Source of the DNA: an uncultured bacterium
GTDB lineage: Bacteria > Cyanobacteriota > Cyanobacteriia > Thermostichales > Thermostichaceae
DNA length: 64,000 nucleotides
Assembly: GCA_964434865.1 (NCBI GenBank)
Contig: CAYSWV010000011.1
Location: forward strand, 14,611-78,610
Direction: 5' to 3'
Numbering within the stretch: position 1 is the stretch's first letter; every line of letters begins with the position of its first letter. A model generated the notes under the pieces. The model was not told where the DNA came from. It ran no database searches and was given only the letters and a program-made list of their open reading frames with translations. The translations under genes and the position numbers were made by a program. This document shows, one piece after another, positions 9,605 to 19,205 of this stretch.

Positions 9605-11329
9605 GTGTCAAATGTAACTCGACCCCCAGCTGCGATGAAACTATCCACTGGAGTGCTCTACAGCGGAGTTGGCCTGACTGTTGTTCTGGTTTTAGGATTG
9701 ATTATCTATCCGTCCTTACTTCTGGTAGGGCAAAGTTTTTGGGCAGATCAGATCACGTTAGCCAATTATCAAGAGATCTTGAGTCAAACTCAAACTTATC
9801 AAGTGCTGGGAAATAGTCTAGTGGTGTCTGGTACTTCGACAGTGATAGCGACCTTTTTAGGCACTTTATTAGCTTGGTTAGTGGCTCGGACCGATCTGCC
9901 TTGGCAACGGTTTTGGCGGGCAGCCTTGCTAGTACCTTATATGATCCCACCTTTTATTGGGGCGATTGCATGGACCTATTTACTGGGTCGGGCTGGCTAC
10001 TTAAATAAAATTTGGATGGCCGTGACACAATCGTCTGATCCATTGGTGATTTTGTCTGGCCCCATTGGGATTATCTTTGTCATGACCTTGTTTAGCTTCC
10101 CTATCGCCTATCTGGTCACCCTAGGTCCTTTAGAACAAATGGATCCGGTATTAGAAGAAGCAGCACGAATGTCTGGTGCGAATCCGTTACAAACGCTGAA
10201 AGATATTGTAGCCCCTTTAATCTTGCCGAGTATGGGGTCGGCAGCGCTGTTAATCTTCTTACTTCTGATGGCCAATTTTGGGATCCCTTCAGTGATTGGG
10301 CTACCCGATCGATACTACGTGATGACAACCCAGATCTATTCCTTAATTTTAAATTATTCAAAAGCTTACAACCTGCAACTTGCAGCGGCTTTAGCAATGG
10401 TGCTGGTTCTGATTGCAATCTTAGGATTACAGACCCAACACTGGATTTTAAGATCAGATCGATACCAAATTGTCACCGGGCGTAGTACCCAATCCCAGCC
10501 ATTGGCCCTAAAAGGTTGGAAACCTGTGGTGCTAGTGGGGCTAGGAGTGCTACTAGGATTCACCGTAATAGCCCCCTTGATCGCGATCTTATTGAATTCG
10601 TTGTTACGGGCCTTAGGCTTACCGCTAGCTTGGGAGAATTTAACGTTGAAGCACTACCATGCTGTGCTGTGGGGTGTCCCTAAAGTGCGCCGTGCAATCA
10701 TAAACAGTCTCCTTCTAGCCACAGGCTCAGCTAGCGGAATCGCTGCTCTATCTATGTTGATCAGTTATCTAGTAGTACGTCTCAAGATCAGAGGTAGCCG
10801 CTGGTTAGAGGCTATGGTCACCATTCCCTATGCCATTCCGGGTACTGTGGTGGCCCTAGCTTTGATCCTGGCCTTTCTCAACCCAATTCCAGGACTTAGG
10901 ATCACCCTGTACAACACCATTTGGATCTTATTCATTGCTTATCTAGGCCGATTTTTGACCTTTGGTCTGCGGTCTATCAGTGCTGGGCTAGCTCAAATCG
11001 ATCCTGAACTTGAACAGGCGGCTCGGGTTTGTGGAGCGGCGCCAACTCGCGTGATTTGGGATGTCACACTGCCTCTGATCCGAAGTAGTGCCTTTGCAGG
11101 TTGGTTTTTAGCTTTTGTACCTTGCTTGGCAGAGCTAACGGTCTCTATCCTGCTAGCTTCAGTAGGGACTGAAACCCTAGGCACAACGGTCTTTGGTTTA
11201 TATGAAGAAGGGAAAGTTGGTATGACAGCGGCCCTGTCGTTACTGGTAACAGGTTTAATCTTCGGGATCTATGGCTTGGCACGTTGGGCCACTCGAGGGC
11301 AAGCGAGTGTCTGGAGTGGGGGGGGCTAA
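9605..11329 (+). CDS. ABC importer permease, fused two-domain (FbpB/ThiP-like)
   Basis: 574 aa with about 12 TM segments arranged as two tandem MalFG-type halves. GTG start; an alternative ATG lies at 9635. Confidence 0.8.
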   Translation: MSNVTRPPAAMKLSTGVLYSGVGLTVVLVLGLIIYPSLLLVGQSFWADQITLANYQEILSQTQTYQVLGNSLVVSGTSTVIATFLGTLLAWLVARTDLPWQRFWRAALLVPYMIPPFIGAIAWTYLLGRAGYLNKIWMAVTQSSDPLVILSGPIGIIFVMTLFSFPIAYLVTLGPLEQMDPVLEEAARMSGANPLQTLKDIVAPLILPSMGSAALLIFLLLMANFGIPSVIGLPDRYYVMTTQIYSLILNYSKAYNLQLAAALAMVLVLIAILGLQTQHWILRSDRYQIVTGRSTQSQPLALKGWKPVVLVGLGVLLGFTVIAPLIAILLNSLLRALGLPLAWENLTLKHYHAVLWGVPKVRRAIINSLLLATGSASGIAALSMLISYLVVRLKIRGSRWLEAMVTIPYAIPGTVVALALILAFLNPIPGLRITLYNTIWILFIAYLGRFLTFGLRSISAGLAQIDPELEQAARVCGAAPTRVIWDVTLPLIRSSAFAGWFLAFVPCLAELTVSILLASVGTETLGTTVFGLYEEGKVGMTAALSLLVTGLIFGIYGLARWATRGQASVWSGGG

Positions 11330-11331
11330 TT

Positions 11332-12411
11332 ATGGGACAACTGGAGCTCGCCCACCTCCAAAAACGGTATGGATCAACCTTGGCGGTGGCGGATGTCAGC
11401 TTGACGATTGCCCCTGGAGAGTGGGTCACCTTTTTAGGGCCTTCAGGGAGTGGTAAAACGACAACCCTCCGGATGATTGCTGGGTTTATTCAGCCGACAG
11501 TGGGTTCGATTCAATTAGATGGTGAGATTTTGACCTCAGTAGCTGATCGCATCTTTATTCCTCCAGAGCGGCGGCACATGGGTATGGTTTTTCAATCCTA
11601 TGCTGTCTGGCCCCACATGACTATCTTTAAAAATGTGGCTTACCCCTTGAAGTTCACGGGGCTGGATCCAGCAGAACAGCAAACACGAGTAGGTAAAATT
11701 TTAGACTTGGTACAACTATCCCATCTATCAAATCGCTTTCCAGCCCAACTATCCGGAGGCCAGCAGCAACGGGTTGCTTTAGCTCGATCTCTGGTAATGG
11801 AACCTAAATTGTTACTCTTGGACGAACCCTTAAGTAATTTAGATGCCAAATTACGGGACGAATTACGTGCTGAAATTGTTGATCTAACCCGCTGTTTAGG
11901 CGCCACAGTCATATATGTTACCCATGATCAAACCGAGGCCCTAGCAATGTCAGATCGAGTGGTCGTCATGCATCACGGACAGATTCAGCAAGTAGACACG
12001 CCTCAAGTTATTTATCAGACGCCTGTGAATTCCTTTGTTGCTACCTTTGTTGGATCAGCTAATCTACTACCTGGTCGAGTCCTCGATTTTCGAGGGGAGT
12101 GGATGGTGGTCGAAATAGTTCTCAACTCTCCTGTAGTCCTGAAAGTGCTGAATTTACAGGGGGCCCACCTAGCGATTGATCAACAAGTTACTGTGATGAT
12201 CCGACCTGAGAACATCCAGCTCAAACGGCGAGGAGACTCTGAGATCACAGCTACTATTTTGCAACGATCCTATCTGGGGCATCGAGTAATTTATCAAGCC
12301 CAAGTGGGATCTGAGAAGCTACAAGTGAGTACATCAGTCAATCAGTTTCAAGTGGGAGACTCTGTTAGCCTAGGGGTTCAAGATCCAGTGATAGTGCCTG
12401 ATGCATCTTAG
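11332..12411 (+). CDS. ABC importer ATP-binding protein (FbpC/PotA-like with C-terminal TOBE-like domain)
   Basis: Walker A GPSGSGKTT, signature LSGGQQQRVALAR, Walker B LLLLDEPLS, H-loop VTHDQ. ATG at 11332 sits 2 nt after the permease stop. Confidence 0.9.
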   Translation: MGQLELAHLQKRYGSTLAVADVSLTIAPGEWVTFLGPSGSGKTTTLRMIAGFIQPTVGSIQLDGEILTSVADRIFIPPERRHMGMVFQSYAVWPHMTIFKNVAYPLKFTGLDPAEQQTRVGKILDLVQLSHLSNRFPAQLSGGQQQRVALARSLVMEPKLLLLDEPLSNLDAKLRDELRAEIVDLTRCLGATVIYVTHDQTEALAMSDRVVVMHHGQIQQVDTPQVIYQTPVNSFVATFVGSANLLPGRVLDFRGEWMVVEIVLNSPVVLKVLNLQGAHLAIDQQVTVMIRPENIQLKRRGDSEITATILQRSYLGHRVIYQAQVGSEKLQVSTSVNQFQVGDSVSLGVQDPVIVPDAS

Positions 12412-12463
12412 TCAATTCCGATCCGTGGGGATTCTGCGAATGGGAAGGTTAGGATTAAATTAC

Positions 12464-12497
12464 CTCAGATCAAGCCTATCGTCAGGCCAGATCTGAG
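12464..12497. terminator. Inverted repeat between convergent genes (possible bidirectional terminator)
   Basis: CTCAGATCAAGCCT-atcgtc-AGGCCAGATCTGAG forms 8 bp plus 4 bp stems with an internal mismatch. There is no clear U-tract. Confidence 0.25.
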
Positions 12498-12517
12498 TCA
12501 CTACTGAGAGCCTGAGC

Positions 12518-12973
12518 TTACTCACCCCAATCTGCAGGGGCTAAATTCTCACTGTAGGCGATCCCATAGAAATTGCCGCTTTGGCCATAGATAGACCAGT
12601 CTGCGGCTTGATCACCTTGGCTGTATCGAGTGAATTTGGCTCGAAGGGGAATGATGCGTGTCACTTCAGCTGTCATTGAGCCATAGTCACCCAAAAATTC
12701 CTGAGGATCGGGTACAGATTGTTCACGGCTTTGAATCTCAATCTGAAAGACTTGATTTTGGTCATTGGCAATCGCACGCACGAGGCGTGATCCCTGATCC
12801 TCATCCATAGCGCTGTGACCTTTGACCTGTCTTAGACTAACGCCAGATACGTTGTTGGGTAAGGGATCTCCCAAAGCAATAGCATAGGCCGATCCAGCGC
12901 TTACCAACAGTAAAACAGTGACAACTAAGCCAACGACAACATAGCGGCTATAGGTCAAAATGCGTTGCATCAT
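12518..12973 (-). CDS. Secreted hypothetical protein
   Basis: 151 aa. N-terminal signal-like segment VVVGLVVTVLLLVSAGSAYA. Confidence 0.5.
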   Translation of the reverse strand: MMQRILTYSRYVVVGLVVTVLLLVSAGSAYAIALGDPLPNNVSGVSLRQVKGHSAMDEDQGSRLVRAIANDQNQVFQIEIQSREQSVPDPQEFLGDYGSMTAEVTRIIPLRAKFTRYSQGDQAADWSIYGQSGNFYGIAYSENLAPADWGE

Positions 12974-13038
12974 TGAATCTCCGTGATCTCCTACAAAGTG
13001 AATGAAAAACTGCGAAAGCCTAAGGTCAACCCAGGCTC

Positions 13039-14157
13039 TTAAGTCGCGGGTCTAAACCCAACCTGACCTTGGTTGATATCAAATAGAGTATCGGCCCGGA
13101 AAAAGAAGGGCATACCGATAAGCTGCACTCCAAACTGAGAATTGACAAAGATCCGATCTAACCCCGGAGTGGGGGGGGTTTGCACATTGATGGTGAAGTT
13201 AAAAATCCCAGGTACCGTGGCAATAAACTGAGATCCGCCAGGCAAGATAGATCCAAACTGGAGGAAGGGCGCCCCCAGGGCTGAGGTATTGATTGAAATA
13301 TCTGAGGACCCTGTATCGTAGGCAGCCAAGTCAGGCACATTTTGAATAGTAGTATTTGAAATCGTGAAATTGGTTAGGATCTCATCGTCCCAGATCGGTA
13401 CTCCATTGGCAAACGTGGGCAGAGAAGGGGGTTGACCAAGTTGTCGGATTGCAAATCCAGCCCGGTTATTAGAGGTTAGGCCAGCCGTAAATACACCTTG
13501 TGTTGAGTTAAACCCACCTGTTTGAATAATGTAGCCACTGCTAAAATTGCCAGCCAGCTGAGCGATGGGGCTGAAGATCAGCGGTTCTGAGGTGCGATTG
13601 GCCAAAGAGACCCCCACAATTCCAGAAAAGAAGCCCGTCCCATCAAATAATTCATCAGGACAGTTGCCGTCATTACAGCGAACCTGGTCAATGATTTGAA
13701 TATTGATCGCACCACTGCTAGAGGCTGCTCCAATCGAGACTGGGGCTTGACCAATTACTCCGTCAAAGGTGGTGCCATCAGCAAAGGACACAGTAGAGGG
13801 AATATCCGTTCTGATCAATCCAGCTGACCCAATCGCAGAGGCTAACACTCGAATTCCAGCTGATCCGGTATCCAGCAACAACTCGGTGGTTTGCCCCGCG
13901 ACATTAATCGGTAGACCCAGTAGTTTTAAATTAGTACTGCCCAGAAGTACCGTCCGCACAGGCATCCCTACAGCGGTAACACCAGGTTCAAGGGTAGGAA
14001 TCGGAATCGGAGGTAGGGGCGTTGTGACGCTGTTCGATCCACCCCCACAGGCTGTAATTCCCAAGCAATAGACAATCATTAGGATCCAGCTGATCCGCCG
14101 TAAGGATTGCCAAATCGTCTGGACAGATTGCATAACCGATGTCTCCTTGATAGTCAT
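13039..14157 (-). CDS. Pepsin-like (A1-type, two-DTG) aspartic protease homologue, predicted lipoprotein
   Basis: Lipobox GITAC. LLLDTGSAG and YDTGSSD lie ~185 aa apart, matching pepsin D32/D215 spacing. C-terminal FFFRADTLFDINQGQVGF resembles the A1 C-terminal motif (..vFD..nn.vGFA). Confidence 0.6.
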   Translation of the reverse strand: MTIKETSVMQSVQTIWQSLRRISWILMIVYCLGITACGGGSNSVTTPLPPIPIPTLEPGVTAVGMPVRTVLLGSTNLKLLGLPINVAGQTTELLLDTGSAGIRVLASAIGSAGLIRTDIPSTVSFADGTTFDGVIGQAPVSIGAASSSGAINIQIIDQVRCNDGNCPDELFDGTGFFSGIVGVSLANRTSEPLIFSPIAQLAGNFSSGYIIQTGGFNSTQGVFTAGLTSNNRAGFAIRQLGQPPSLPTFANGVPIWDDEILTNFTISNTTIQNVPDLAAYDTGSSDISINTSALGAPFLQFGSILPGGSQFIATVPGIFNFTINVQTPPTPGLDRIFVNSQFGVQLIGMPFFFRADTLFDINQGQVGFRPAT

Positions 14158-14259
14158 GAATAAAGCGTACGAACCTAGTGAGTTGAGGTCAATTGACTAA
14201 AGCCATTAACCCAGTTGCGGCCAAGATCGGCCTGAGATGGGGCTTAAAAACAGGCTAGA

Positions 14260-15345
14260 TTAGCTCGTTCGGCCCCGAAATCCAATTTGTCCCTGATTGA
14301 TGTCAAACAAGGTGTCGGCCTCAAAGAAAAAGGGCATACCGATGAGTTGAAAATCTAAGCTTGAATTGACAAATATCCGATCCTGGCCTGGAGTAGGCTG
14401 AGGGGATCCCACCACAATACGGTAATCAAACCCGCCAGGTAAAAAGGCCCTGAACTCGGAGCCAGAAGGTAATTGAGACACTGTGAGCGGGGTGCTACCC
14501 AAACGAGTTACATTCAAAGCAATATCTGAGGATCCAGTATCAAAAGCAGTGAAATCAGGGGCATTCTGGATAGGCGTGTTTTCGATGGTGTAGTTAATCA
14601 CAGGTGAATCATCATCCCAGATGGGCTTCCCATTGGTAAAAGTAGCTGGGATCCGCTCCAACTGGAGGGTAGCAAAAGTAGATCGATTTTGTGGAGTTAG
14701 ACCTACTGTAAACAAGCCTTGAGCCGAGGAAAACCCCCCTGTTTGAATGATATAGCCACTGCTGAAATTACCCATTAGCTGAGCGACCGGACTAAAAATC
14801 ACTGGCTCTCCGCTCCGATCAGCTAGTGAGGTGCCGATGATACCAGAAAAGACTCCTGATCCATCAAAGATAGCCTCAGAACAGGTCCGACCGGGTCGAC
14901 ATCCTACCCGTTCAATGACCTGAATATTAATCGCACCCGCACTGGTTGCTAGTCCTAACGAAACCGGGGCTTGACCAATTACACCTTCAAAAACGGTATC
15001 ATCGGCAAACTCGACCCTAGAGGGTTGTTGAGTTTTGACTAGACCCACTGTTCCTGCAGCTGATTCCAGAATGCGCACCCCAGCTGATCCAGTATCCAAT
15101 AATAGTTCAGCGGTTTGGCCTGCTACCGTTGTAGGCAAGCTGAGTAATTTAAAGCTATTGATTTGACGCACGGGCATGGGAATGGTGAGGCTCCCAGCTT
15201 CAAGGGGCGGTGGGGTTAAGGCTGTAGGCGCACTTTCAGAATTACTTAAGCCACAAGCTATCAGGCCCACACAGCTGATCACCATCAGAAGCCAACGCCA
15301 ATATCGATGCCTTACACCTAACCTACTACTCATAGTTCTCCCCAC
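14260..15345 (-). CDS. Pepsin-like aspartic protease homologue, predicted lipoprotein (paralogue of 13039..14157)
   Basis: Lipobox GLIAC. LLLDTGSAG, FDTGSSD and FFFEADTLFDINQGQIGF. It is collinear with its neighbour over the whole length. Confidence 0.6.
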   Translation of the reverse strand: MGRTMSSRLGVRHRYWRWLLMVISCVGLIACGLSNSESAPTALTPPPLEAGSLTIPMPVRQINSFKLLSLPTTVAGQTAELLLDTGSAGVRILESAAGTVGLVKTQQPSRVEFADDTVFEGVIGQAPVSLGLATSAGAINIQVIERVGCRPGRTCSEAIFDGSGVFSGIIGTSLADRSGEPVIFSPVAQLMGNFSSGYIIQTGGFSSAQGLFTVGLTPQNRSTFATLQLERIPATFTNGKPIWDDDSPVINYTIENTPIQNAPDFTAFDTGSSDIALNVTRLGSTPLTVSQLPSGSEFRAFLPGGFDYRIVVGSPQPTPGQDRIFVNSSLDFQLIGMPFFFEADTLFDINQGQIGFRGRTS

Positions 15346-15446
15346 CCGATCCCTCGTCAGTGTATTACGGCAGGTGATGTTTGAGTTAGCTAACTTCCGC
15401 AGTTTGGATCAGGTTTATGCCACCAAGCACTGCGGTTAAGGTCGGG

Positions 15447-16433
15447 TTACCGACTCGTTTTTTTTCGGATGGGTTTGATCCAACCTTGATCATTAGAGTG
15501 CTCTTTGATAGGAGCAGCAGGCTTGGTAGTCGAATCTCGCGAGACTAGCTGGGGTCGTTCTGTTGTACCAGGTTTAGTCGGACGTGTGGGTTTCTTACGG
15601 CGCTGAGGTTTTTGAACATTGGCAATAGCAGTAGCTGCTTCAATGGTGAGATCAGCCCCTTTACGTTGAACATCCATTTCCCAAAAATAGCCAACTCCTT
15701 TACTAGGCAGCGTTCCTGTTAATCGCAATTTAAAGGATTGTTCTTTGCCTCTAGCATTTTTCTTAGTGGTCTGACGGATTTTGACAATGATGACATTCTT
15801 ATCCTGTGATTGAAAAATAACTTCACCTCGGATTGAAAAATAATCCGGTATAAGGGGATCGGCTGTTTCAGGCAAGGGAGGTTTTCCCATTTCTTCAGGA
15901 GCCCATACTCCCATAATCTGGACGTGCAATGTTTTACTACCTTGACGAGTCCGAGGGTAAACCACCCACAGATAGGATTGCTCAGTATTCAAGTACTTCC
16001 GTACCAGGTTCATGACTCGGCCTAGAAGGACAGCATCCAGCTCTGTGCCATCCTCTGTTTTTAGAATGCCACGCGTAAACTGCTCATCTGAAGGCTGGTA
16101 TTGACCTCGAACTAGACCAATAGCTCGATACTGAAGCTGCTCACTAGGTGGTGGAATGGGATGGTTAAACGTGCTGTCTGTGTCCTCAGCAGGAGGGTCG
16201 TTAGGTTTGGGATCACTCAGTTTCGGTTTGATCGGGGGAGGTGAAAGACGGGTTGGTGGACGTAAAACAGGTGATGACTCTTGAGTTTCTTCAAGGTTTG
16301 GCCTGGGAGCAGGCTTGGGGGGCAGTCCTTTTTTACCAGCCTCTCGATCTTGACTAGCATCTCGATCAGCCCGTCCTGATGAGGGAGGGGTAGGTGGCGT
16401 GGGACGAATAGGGCGCTTCGGCTCAAGTGGCAT
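15447..16433 (-). CDS. Hypothetical protein with a proline-rich N-terminal third
   Basis: 328-aa ORF. The N-terminal ~100 aa are P/K/S-rich and the remainder looks globular. No motif recognised. Confidence 0.45.
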   Translation of the reverse strand: MPLEPKRPIRPTPPTPPSSGRADRDASQDREAGKKGLPPKPAPRPNLEETQESSPVLRPPTRLSPPPIKPKLSDPKPNDPPAEDTDSTFNHPIPPPSEQLQYRAIGLVRGQYQPSDEQFTRGILKTEDGTELDAVLLGRVMNLVRKYLNTEQSYLWVVYPRTRQGSKTLHVQIMGVWAPEEMGKPPLPETADPLIPDYFSIRGEVIFQSQDKNVIIVKIRQTTKKNARGKEQSFKLRLTGTLPSKGVGYFWEMDVQRKGADLTIEAATAIANVQKPQRRKKPTRPTKPGTTERPQLVSRDSTTKPAAPIKEHSNDQGWIKPIRKKTSR

Positions 16434-16576
16434 TACAGTGATTCCGTTCGTTTACTGCTATAGGACTTAAGCGGTAATCATCTAACCGTGTTCAGTGACC
16501 ACCTTAACTTAAAGTCTCTCTAGGTGCTGACTATTGGTGTGATCGTAACAAGAGCACCCTGCAACAGGAGTGTGCC

Positions 16577-17821
16577 TTATTGAGGGCCTGTAACTAACTC
16601 TGGATGGGCTTCTAGATAAGTTAAAATCGTGGCCAGATCTTTATCACCACGACCCGAACAGTTAATCACCACGTTTTGATCAGGGGTGAGTTGAGGGATC
16701 AGATAATCCAAATAGGCAAAGGCATGTGCTGTTTCCAGAGCCGGTATAATACCTTCTAATTGAGATAATCGCAAGAGAGCTGTAACCGCCTCACGATCAG
16801 TAATACTGTAGTACTCACCTCGGCCACTATCTTTCAGATAACTATGTTCAGGACCCACACCAGGATAATCAAGGCCAGCACTGATCGAATGAGCCTCCTG
16901 AACTTGACCCTCCTCATCTTGAAGTAAGTAGCTCATGGCCCCATGTAAAACCCCAATTTGCCCCTGAGTTAAGGTCGCAGCATGTCGAGATGTATCGATA
17001 CCTTCTCCGGCAGCTTCAATACCAATCAAACGCACAGAGGGTTCTTCAATAAAGTCGTTGAATAGGCCTAAAGCATTGGATCCACCACCAACACAAGCAA
17101 CTAGCACATCTGGTAATCCGCCCCAGGCCTGTAGAGCTTGTTGCCGAGTTTCCTGGCCAATCACGTCGTGGAAAGCTCGCACCATCATGGGGTAGGGGTG
17201 AGGTCCGGCAACCGTACCAATCACGTAGTGAGTCGTTTCTACATGGGTAACCCAATCCCGGATCGCTTCAGATAGAGCGTCTTTGAGAGTTTTAGTACCT
17301 GAGTCTACTGCTCTGACATCAGCTCCTAACAGTTGCATGCGTTTAACATTGGGGGCCTGGCGTTCAATATCGAGGGCACCCATATAAATGATACAATCGA
17401 GGCCAAATCGGGCACAAACAGTAGCTGTTGCAACACCATGCTGCCCCGCACCAGTTTCAGCAATGATCCGTTGTTTACCCATGCGGCGAGCTAAGAGAGC
17501 TTGACCTAAGGCATTATTAATTTTGTGAGCACCAGTATGATTAAGATCTTCACGTTTGAGATACAGTTGAGGCCCGTTATAGTAAGCGGTTAGCCGTTCA
17601 GCAAAGTAAAGGGGACTGGGCCGACCTACATAATCTCGTAACAGATGTTCAAACTCAGTTCTAAAGGAGAGATCTTGCCAGTGGTGCTTAAAAGCCTCTT
17701 CGAGTTCAGTCAGCGCCCCCATCAGTGTTTCTGGAACATATTTACCCCCAAATACACCGAATCGCCCTTGAGCATCGGGACGGGCAGAGCTAATTGAGGA
17801 AGCTATCTGTTGTTGTGCCAT
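16577..17821 (-). CDS. trpB: Tryptophan synthase beta chain
   Basis: HTGAHKINN (PLP-binding Lys) and GGGSNA, with full-length TrpB-like sequence. ATG at 17821 (MAQQQIAS) is preferred over the upstream TTG. Confidence 0.95.
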   Translation of the reverse strand: MAQQQIASSISSARPDAQGRFGVFGGKYVPETLMGALTELEEAFKHHWQDLSFRTEFEHLLRDYVGRPSPLYFAERLTAYYNGPQLYLKREDLNHTGAHKINNALGQALLARRMGKQRIIAETGAGQHGVATATVCARFGLDCIIYMGALDIERQAPNVKRMQLLGADVRAVDSGTKTLKDALSEAIRDWVTHVETTHYVIGTVAGPHPYPMMVRAFHDVIGQETRQQALQAWGGLPDVLVACVGGGSNALGLFNDFIEEPSVRLIGIEAAGEGIDTSRHAATLTQGQIGVLHGAMSYLLQDEEGQVQEAHSISAGLDYPGVGPEHSYLKDSGRGEYYSITDREAVTALLRLSQLEGIIPALETAHAFAYLDYLIPQLTPDQNVVINCSGRGDKDLATILTYLEAHPELVTGPQ

Positions 17822-18402
17822 GGTAGAACGGAAATCAGAGGACAAATAAGAGCAGTAATGAGAACAGTGAGCACTAAGGCATCACAAGTAGAGTTCTAAC
17901 TTATCACACTCCCCGAGCTTTCCCTGATCTATCGTTACATCTCATCTACTGATCTCTAACTGGATGATCTTTTGGCCTGAACACAGGTTGAAATGAATAC
18001 TAAACATTAGTTAGCACTTCACCTTTTTCTCAACGTTGTACACCTGACCCCGAGGCTTCCCGATATACCTTGATAGGTCATTTGCACTGGTGATCCTAGT
18101 TGCCACCTTTGCCCGCCTTTTGCCGCCTTCAGTCCGCCTCAGTCCACCCATGATCCAGCTGAACCCTCCCAGCTCTATCCCAGATCCGCGAGGCAAAGTT
18201 AAGCGGTGATCCATCAAAACTTCACAAAGTCCCTAAATTCAAGAAGTTGATCTGGGTTTTTGACTGCAGGATCATGAAAACTGAATCTTTCGATCAGAAC
18301 TTCGATTAAGAGCAATGCTGACGATATTTGATCGATACTTTCACAGGTTATTCATATCCCATTGATACTGTCTTTTCCAAGTAGAAAAATTGAGGTCATT
18401 AG

Positions 18403-18600
18403 ATGACGTATAGACTTGCTGATGCCATAGCTGAGAGTACAGTTGGATCACCCCACTTTCCTATCGCAGCCACGGTAGTGTTAATTGTTGGATTTATTGC
18501 TGCTACTTTGCTTGGATCAATTGCCTGGTTCAACTCTAAGCAGCCTGTGGGCTGGAAGGAAAACGCTGAGCGGCCTGACTTTATTCCAGATCTCAAATAG
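18403..18600 (+). CDS. Small single-TM protein (hypothetical)
   Basis: 65 aa with one hydrophobic helix, FPIAATVVLIVGFIAATLLGSIAW. Confidence 0.4.
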   Translation: MTYRLADAIAESTVGSPHFPIAATVVLIVGFIAATLLGSIAWFNSKQPVGWKENAERPDFIPDLK

Positions 18601-18657
18601 TAACCACTCATGTCTCAGCTTGAGTTGGAGTGAACTGAACTGCCCAAGGAGGTAATA

Positions 18658-18999
18658 ATGACAAATCAGAGTGAAACTTTAAGCAACAGCTATGACCGAG
18701 GTATTGTGCCAGCTGAAGTGCTATCCCGCATAGAGCGTGAGCAAGATAGCTACAAACAGCTTCCAGTTCGAGAAGGTGCTATCGATACCACAAGAGGCTA
18801 CACTGTGGATCAAGAAGGTTTGATCAACAACTACGCCATTGAACCAGAAATGTACATCAATGAGCCTGGTGATCTCCGAGAGCAAGCTGTGGAGCAGGCC
18901 GAAAAGCGGATCAGAGAGTTGAAAGAAATCCGTCGTGACAACGGGGATGGCCCAACTGAAGAGCGAGATCCTCAGCAGAAAGGACCAGGGCTAATCTAA
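18658..18999 (+). CDS. Small acidic hypothetical protein
   Basis: 113 aa. AGGAGG-like SD (aaggaggtaata) upstream of the ATG. No function can be assigned from the sequence. Confidence 0.45.
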   Translation: MTNQSETLSNSYDRGIVPAEVLSRIEREQDSYKQLPVREGAIDTTRGYTVDQEGLINNYAIEPEMYINEPGDLREQAVEQAEKRIRELKEIRRDNGDGPTEERDPQQKGPGLI

Positions 19000-19205
19000 C
19001 CTCGACTCTAATCAGACGATCTTACTCCAATCAGTCTTTGTGGCTGACTAGTGTAATAGATTACCTGGCGGGTCGATTAGCCACTGAACGACCTAGCAAA
19101 CAATTTAGACAGGAGGAGCCCTATGTTCTTCCTGTTATTGTCATTCTCTAGGCTAATGAATTTCTGAGCCTATCCATTGCTGATTATTGTTATTGAAACA
19201 GTGTT

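Noticed and set aside
18011-18217. 68-aa minus-strand ORF in the trpB-downstream spacer
   Set aside because: It is Arg/Gly-rich and has no SD. The underlying DNA is a GCC-repeat-like stretch, so it is probably non-coding. I also checked this spacer by eye for tmRNA, RNase P and SRP signatures and found none.
19123-19167. 14-codon hydrophobic mini-ORF behind a strong SD, as the true start of the pLGIC gene
   Set aside because: It is in a different frame, and in-frame stops (TAG at 19149, TGA at 19194) separate it from the channel ORF. It is kept only as a possible frameshift remnant in the finding.
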